Source of the DNA: Macrostomum lignano
Lineage: Eukaryota
Assembly: GCA_002269645.1 (NCBI GenBank)
Contig: NIVC01000708.1
Coordinates: 62,001 to 126,000 of the forward strand
DNA length: 64,000 nt
Direction of reading: 5' to 3'
The notes under the pieces are model-generated. The model saw nothing but the letters and a program-made list of their open reading frames with translations. It did not search any database and was not told the DNA's origin. How positions within the stretch are numbered: the first letter of the stretch is position 1; each line of letters begins with the position of its first letter. Made by a program: the position numbers and the translations under genes. This document shows, piece by piece, positions 60,391 to 64,000 of this stretch.

Positions 60391-61854
60391 TCACCAGCTT
60401 CGGGTCGGGGTCACCGGTGTCCATGGGCTCTTCTTCAGCAAAAGGCCCCGGTTGGTCGGAAGGCAATAGGCAGCGTTCGCCGCCCTTCGCCCACCAGCCA
60501 TGGGGTCCTCCGCTTCAGACTGGCCCAATGCCCTGGAGCAGCCAGCCGCCTGGGCAGGCGGGTCCGTCTCCAGTCGGCCCTGCCCCGAGGGGTTGGGCCC
60601 AGCTGGGACATCCCCACCCTCCCTGGACGAACTGGTGCGCCTAGGCGTCCCGGCGACCTCTCTCCTCAGCTGGGTGATTTTGGCGGTACGGACTGCCTCA
60701 GCTGCGCGCTGGTACAGGCCGCGTCGCTTGGTGCTGCGTGCCGGGCGTCGGTCTCCGCCCTCAGCAGCGCGCTCGGCTTTACCCGCGCGGCCGTGCTGCC
60801 GGGCGGGGCGGTTTGCTTTGGCAGCCTGAGCAGAAGCTCGCGCCACGGCCCCGGCTGCTTCGGCATTCCGCCCGCCCTGCTCACCACCACGGGGAGGGTC
60901 GGCCTCGTAGGAGCGGATACGCAGCTTCCAAAGGCCGACGTTGATGAAGCTGCCGTGCGGATAGCGCCTCATCCAGGCGTCCGACAGCCCCAGGATGGCT
61001 GTGAAGCCAGTGCCGTCGGTGCGCTTAAGGGTGTCATGCACCACTAGGCCCGCGGCGGGAAGCTCCCGGTTGACTGCTAGCAGTCCTTTCCGGAGCTCGT
61101 CAGCAGAGGTAACGACGCTCCTGGCCGGAACCCAGATTCGATGCCTCTTGGTCCGGGGGCGTTCGTCCTCTCTGCAGAAGGCTAGGTTGAGGTCCCAGCT
61201 CTGCTCGGACAGCAGCTCAAGGAGCCGCCGACCCGAGTCAGCATCACTGGGCCAAATGAGAAGGCACGAGTCCCTCGTTGCATTCAAATGAATGTTCAGA
61301 GGCGTGCCCTTCAGAGTTTGCTTCCACAGGAGGCCATCAACGGCACCTCTCACCTGCTTCAGCTGATCGGGAGACAGGCGCGCGTCCTTCCCCAGAATGA
61401 CAACCGCCGGTTGCCTCTTTGCCGCATCAGCGTAGGAGGCCCGGGGGTCGGTGGAGCATTTTTCAGGTGGGCTGTCCACCCTCCCGGCTGCATCGGCCTC
61501 CCCATCCTGGACAGGGGCTTCAGTGGGCTCGAGGCCCTCTTCCGCCACCGCCCCAGATTGGGAAGCTTCCGCTGCCGCGGGCCGTTGGCCCCTGGCGCCG
61601 GTTAGGCTTCCGCCCTCCTTGGCCCGCCTCGCCTTGTTAAGTCGACGGCGGGCAGCTCCTGAGGTGGTGCTCAGCTGCTTGGCAGCTGGAGTAGCAGGTG
61701 TCTTCTCGGAGGCACCGCTCAGAGTTGGCTCCACGGGTCTCGCCGAGGCGTCCCCGATGGTAGCAGGTGGTATGGCCGCGGAGTCCACGGCCCCAGCCGA
61801 GGCCGGAGGCACTGTGTCATCCACAGCCGGTTGGGTACTTCGGTTAGAAGCCAT
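60391..61854 (-). CDS. LINE ORF1 (nucleic-acid-binding, DUF4780-like), probable frameshift near the C-terminus
   Basis: First ATG 61854 (MASNRS); SYADAAK, RIWVP...ELRKGLLAVNREL...GLWKLRIRSY; no zinc knuckle. An alternative frame gives an acidic tail ending at 60338-60340. Confidence 0.75.
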   Translation of the reverse strand: MASNRSTQPAVDDTVPPASAGAVDSAAIPPATIGDASARPVEPTLSGASEKTPATPAAKQLSTTSGAARRRLNKARRAKEGGSLTGARGQRPAAAEASQSGAVAEEGLEPTEAPVQDGEADAAGRVDSPPEKCSTDPRASYADAAKRQPAVVILGKDARLSPDQLKQVRGAVDGLLWKQTLKGTPLNIHLNATRDSCLLIWPSDADSGRRLLELLSEQSWDLNLAFCREDERPRTKRHRIWVPARSVVTSADELRKGLLAVNRELPAAGLVVHDTLKRTDGTGFTAILGLSDAWMRRYPHGSFINVGLWKLRIRSYEADPPRGGEQGGRNAEAAGAVARASAQAAKANRPARQHGRAGKAERAAEGGDRRPARSTKRRGLYQRAAEAVRTAKITQLRREVAGTPRRTSSSREGGDVPAGPNPSGQGRLETDPPAQAAGCSRALGQSEAEDPMAGGRRAANAAYCLPTNRGLLLKKSPWTPVTPTRSW

Positions 61855-62084
61855 TGGCTGGAAGTAAAAAGGTGGGACTTCCTGCAGAACACAGGCAAAG
61901 AGCCGCAAGGCCGCAACCCCAAACCAAGCGGCAGGCCCCCAAAAAGCGAAATACCACCCTGCGGGGGGACCCAAAAGCGCAAGGGGAACCGTTAGCGACC
62001 AGACTACTCCCTGGTCAAGCGTCCATCAGCACGGAGTTACACTGGGACATTAGAGGGTGCGTTTATATGGTCACACCAGGACCC

Positions 62085-62229
62085 GGCGCCAACGAATTAG
62101 CTCGGCAAGGCCCGAGAGCCTGCCTTAACACCCACGGGACGAGTACCCTTCGAAGTGCGCCTTGCAGGGTGAAAATCAGGAGACAGAGTCTCTTTAGCTA
62201 TCAGCCCGCCAGGGGAGGCAGGTGTGAGC
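62085..62229 (-). ncRNA. HDV-like (delta-like) self-cleaving ribozyme
   Basis: P1 GCUCAC (62229-62224)/GUGGGU (62135-62130) with G1.U wobble; P2 CGAA/UUCG extended by GGCGC/GCGCC; P3 GGG/CCC; L3 UACUCGU; P1.1 AC/GU; P4 GGCAGGC/GCCUUGCC; J4/2 GAGCUAA with catalytic C at 62100. Folded by hand, activity untested. Confidence 0.85.
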
Positions 62230-62717
62230 ATCGCTGGTTGGGATAAGGGCCATACCATGCAGTCTCATACTGCACAGATAGTTCACCACGCCATTGCGTG
62301 CAGGACCCGGGGTCCTGGGGGCAACAGCCCCGGCCTGGCTGTGTGCACTGATTGGAACCGGATTCCAGGTGTCAGAGTTCTGGAGTTCAGGGAGCGTTCG
62401 TAGAGAGCTGCAGATAAGACTGTCCGACACTCTCGGACAGTTTCTTCTCTCCAGCCTCTGATCTCCATCACTTTTGATTTGCTACACAAGCTGAGTAGGA
62501 AACCGTCCCTGCTCAAGTTCTGCAGCCAGATCAGTCGGACAGCTTTCGAAGTCATCGATCATTGGTGTTTCACATATCCTACATTTTATATCTCCGACAC
62601 TTCATATCTCCGACACTTTTAATATCTCCGACACTTTATATCTCCGACACTTTATATAAATAGGCAAACAGATCCTGCAAGTAGACATCCTGCAAAACAG
62701 ACATCCTGCAAGCAGAC

Positions 62718-64000
62718 TGACGCGACCCAGACAAGACTTGTTTTAGTTTGAACGATAACGCAGCGAACTGATATATTTGTTGAGTAAAAAAATCACAACG
62801 AAGAAAAGCTATATTCAGTTATTTAAATACGAAGTGGTATAAAACGAAATTTGAGTTATCGATAAAAGTTAGAGTAGAAAGTACGTTATGTGCGCATTGA
62901 TGTACGCATGAGTGGGGTGCACGCTTGGCGTGGTAAGCAGGGCACAAAGTGAGTCAAAGTTTAATAGTCAATAGGCAGCGACAACCCCCCAACACGTCAT
63001 CTTCCCCGTCCGAACCATTCGGAATTGATCAACGGTAGGATCTGATCCTGATACCAAGGACTACTTAAGAACACAGGACGTTACACTTGCAAATATTGGC
63101 AGAATTCTAAAAGGCCGCTTTGAATGCATGTGTCTATGGTTTTAGTGGCCTTTTTGCTTAGTAATTCGCATCGCAGCGTAGCATGATACTCATAACCCAT
63201 AAGTCTACGTTAGAGCACCAAGCAGACAAGATCGCAAACAGCTCACTTTATTGTGTTCTCTGGATCTTTTATTTCTTTCTTCAAATTAAATTATCAATTG
63301 AGTTATACAAGATGCCGACGAAGTGTTGCGTTCCAGGCTGCACAAGCAACTACACACACACTACACATTATACACATTGCTTCAAATAGCAAAAAGGCCA
63401 CTAAAACCATAGACACATGCATTCAAAGCGGCCTTTTAGAATTCTGTTCTTAAGTAGTCCTTGCCTGATACATGTACGCCCGGAGACGCCCGGATCCTTG
63501 TTGAATGAGGGCGGTATTCGAGCCCTTCTGCAGGAGAAACTCCGCCTTTTCAGGAGGCAGTCCGGCGGCGGGGACGTACCAGATGCCCGATTCGATCGGC
63601 GTGCGCATGGTAATGGGATTTCGAAACTGCCGACCCATCAGCTCCGATGGGCTGTGCGGACGTCCTGCATGCGGGATGCAGCGGTAGTTTAGTAGAAGCC
63701 TGGCCAGGAATTGCTCTCGTACGTTTCTCGACGATCCCAGCCCAGAGAGGCCTTCTTGATAGATTGGACCATTCGATGCCGTTGGACTGAGGATGTAGTG
63801 GCGGGGTCTTGATGGGGCGGCAGCCGATTCTCTCGAGCCAGCCGGTCAGTTCAGCATCATGGAATTCTGCCGCGTTGTCGCTTACCAGCACGTCTGGGAC
63901 TCCATTGCGAGAGAAAACGTCCTGGAGCACACGCTTCACGGTTTCTGCGCTTCTATCTGGAACTCGCACGGCCTCTGGCCAGCCCGACATTGCGTCCACG
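62718..64000 (-). mobile_element. 3' end of a Ty3/gypsy LTR retrotransposon (integrase C-terminal half, PPT, 3' LTR)
   Basis: Integrase WPEA..VLQDVFSRNGVPDVLVSDNAAEF..TPPLHPQSNG, frameshifted afterwards. PPT GGACGGGGAAGA (63000-63011) abuts a 282-bp LTR 62718-62999 with TGACG...CGTCA ends. Continues beyond the window. Confidence 0.88.
63055..63463 (+). mobile_element. Non-autonomous P-superfamily element with a THAP-domain stub
   Basis: CAAGGACTACTTAAGAACA terminal inverted repeats; 8-bp TSD CCTGATAC at 63047-63054 and 63464-63471; MPTKCCVPGCTSNY at 63312; inserted in the gypsy integrase tail. Confidence 0.88.

Larger units (their letters stand above)
56206..62334 (-). mobile_element. Full-length, inactivated LOA-clade (Lian/Baggins-like) non-LTR retrotransposon
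   Basis: 12-bp TSD CTGGCTGTGTGC at 56194-56205 and 62335-62346; ORF1 plus ORF2 (APE, RT, RNase H, CCHC); 3' tail (TAAGTCAAG)2. Clade inferred from QINTQH/VQEPW, FIPKPGKSDY..AFRPISLTSF and a DUF4780-like ORF1. Confidence 0.9.
56085..62647. mobile_element. Inverted-repeat (MITE-like) element split by the LINE insertion
   Basis: Left arm 56085-56179 (tcggagatataaagtg...gaaacaccaatgaacgatgacttcgaaagctgtccgactgatct) is the reverse complement of the right arm 62519-~62647; 16-nt ATATCTCCGACACTTT subrepeats. About 430 bp without the LINE. Outer ends and TSD not resolved. Confidence 0.75.

Noticed and set aside
62170-62334. Second, outer HDV-like ribozyme (GCCGGGG/CCCUGGC, GG, CUAA)
   Set aside because: P1, P1.1 and J4/2 look plausible, but no P3/L3 or P2 partner can be placed.

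Overview
Eukaryotic (animal) genomic DNA with GC-rich exons, AT-rich spacers and introns filled with minisatellites. The style resembles free-living flatworm genomes such as Macrostomum, but that is inference only. Four spliced host genes can be built with consistent intron phases: calcineurin B (+, 2 exons); a 9-exon SOL-1-like protein with five CUB domains (-); CDV3 (-, 2 exons); and an 11-exon, ~1100-aa divergent JAK-like kinase (+, 5' end unresolved). There are three tRNA-Gly(GCC) genes, one of them a variant. The right end is a stack of nested transposons. An inverted-repeat element hosts a full-length, TSD-flanked LOA-clade LINE, which is itself interrupted by a solo LTR. Next comes the 3' end of a gypsy element interrupted by a small P-superfamily element. 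Best leads: (1) an HDV-like self-cleaving ribozyme fold in the LINE 5' UTR with a compensatory P1.1 change and an unexpected 105-nt leader; (2) a 3' UTR fold conserved between two diverged LINE families; (3) intronic arrays that amplify the splice signals themselves; (4) the JAK-like gene. Most long ORFs in the supplied track are repeat artefacts. All alignments and folds were done by eye; no searches were run.
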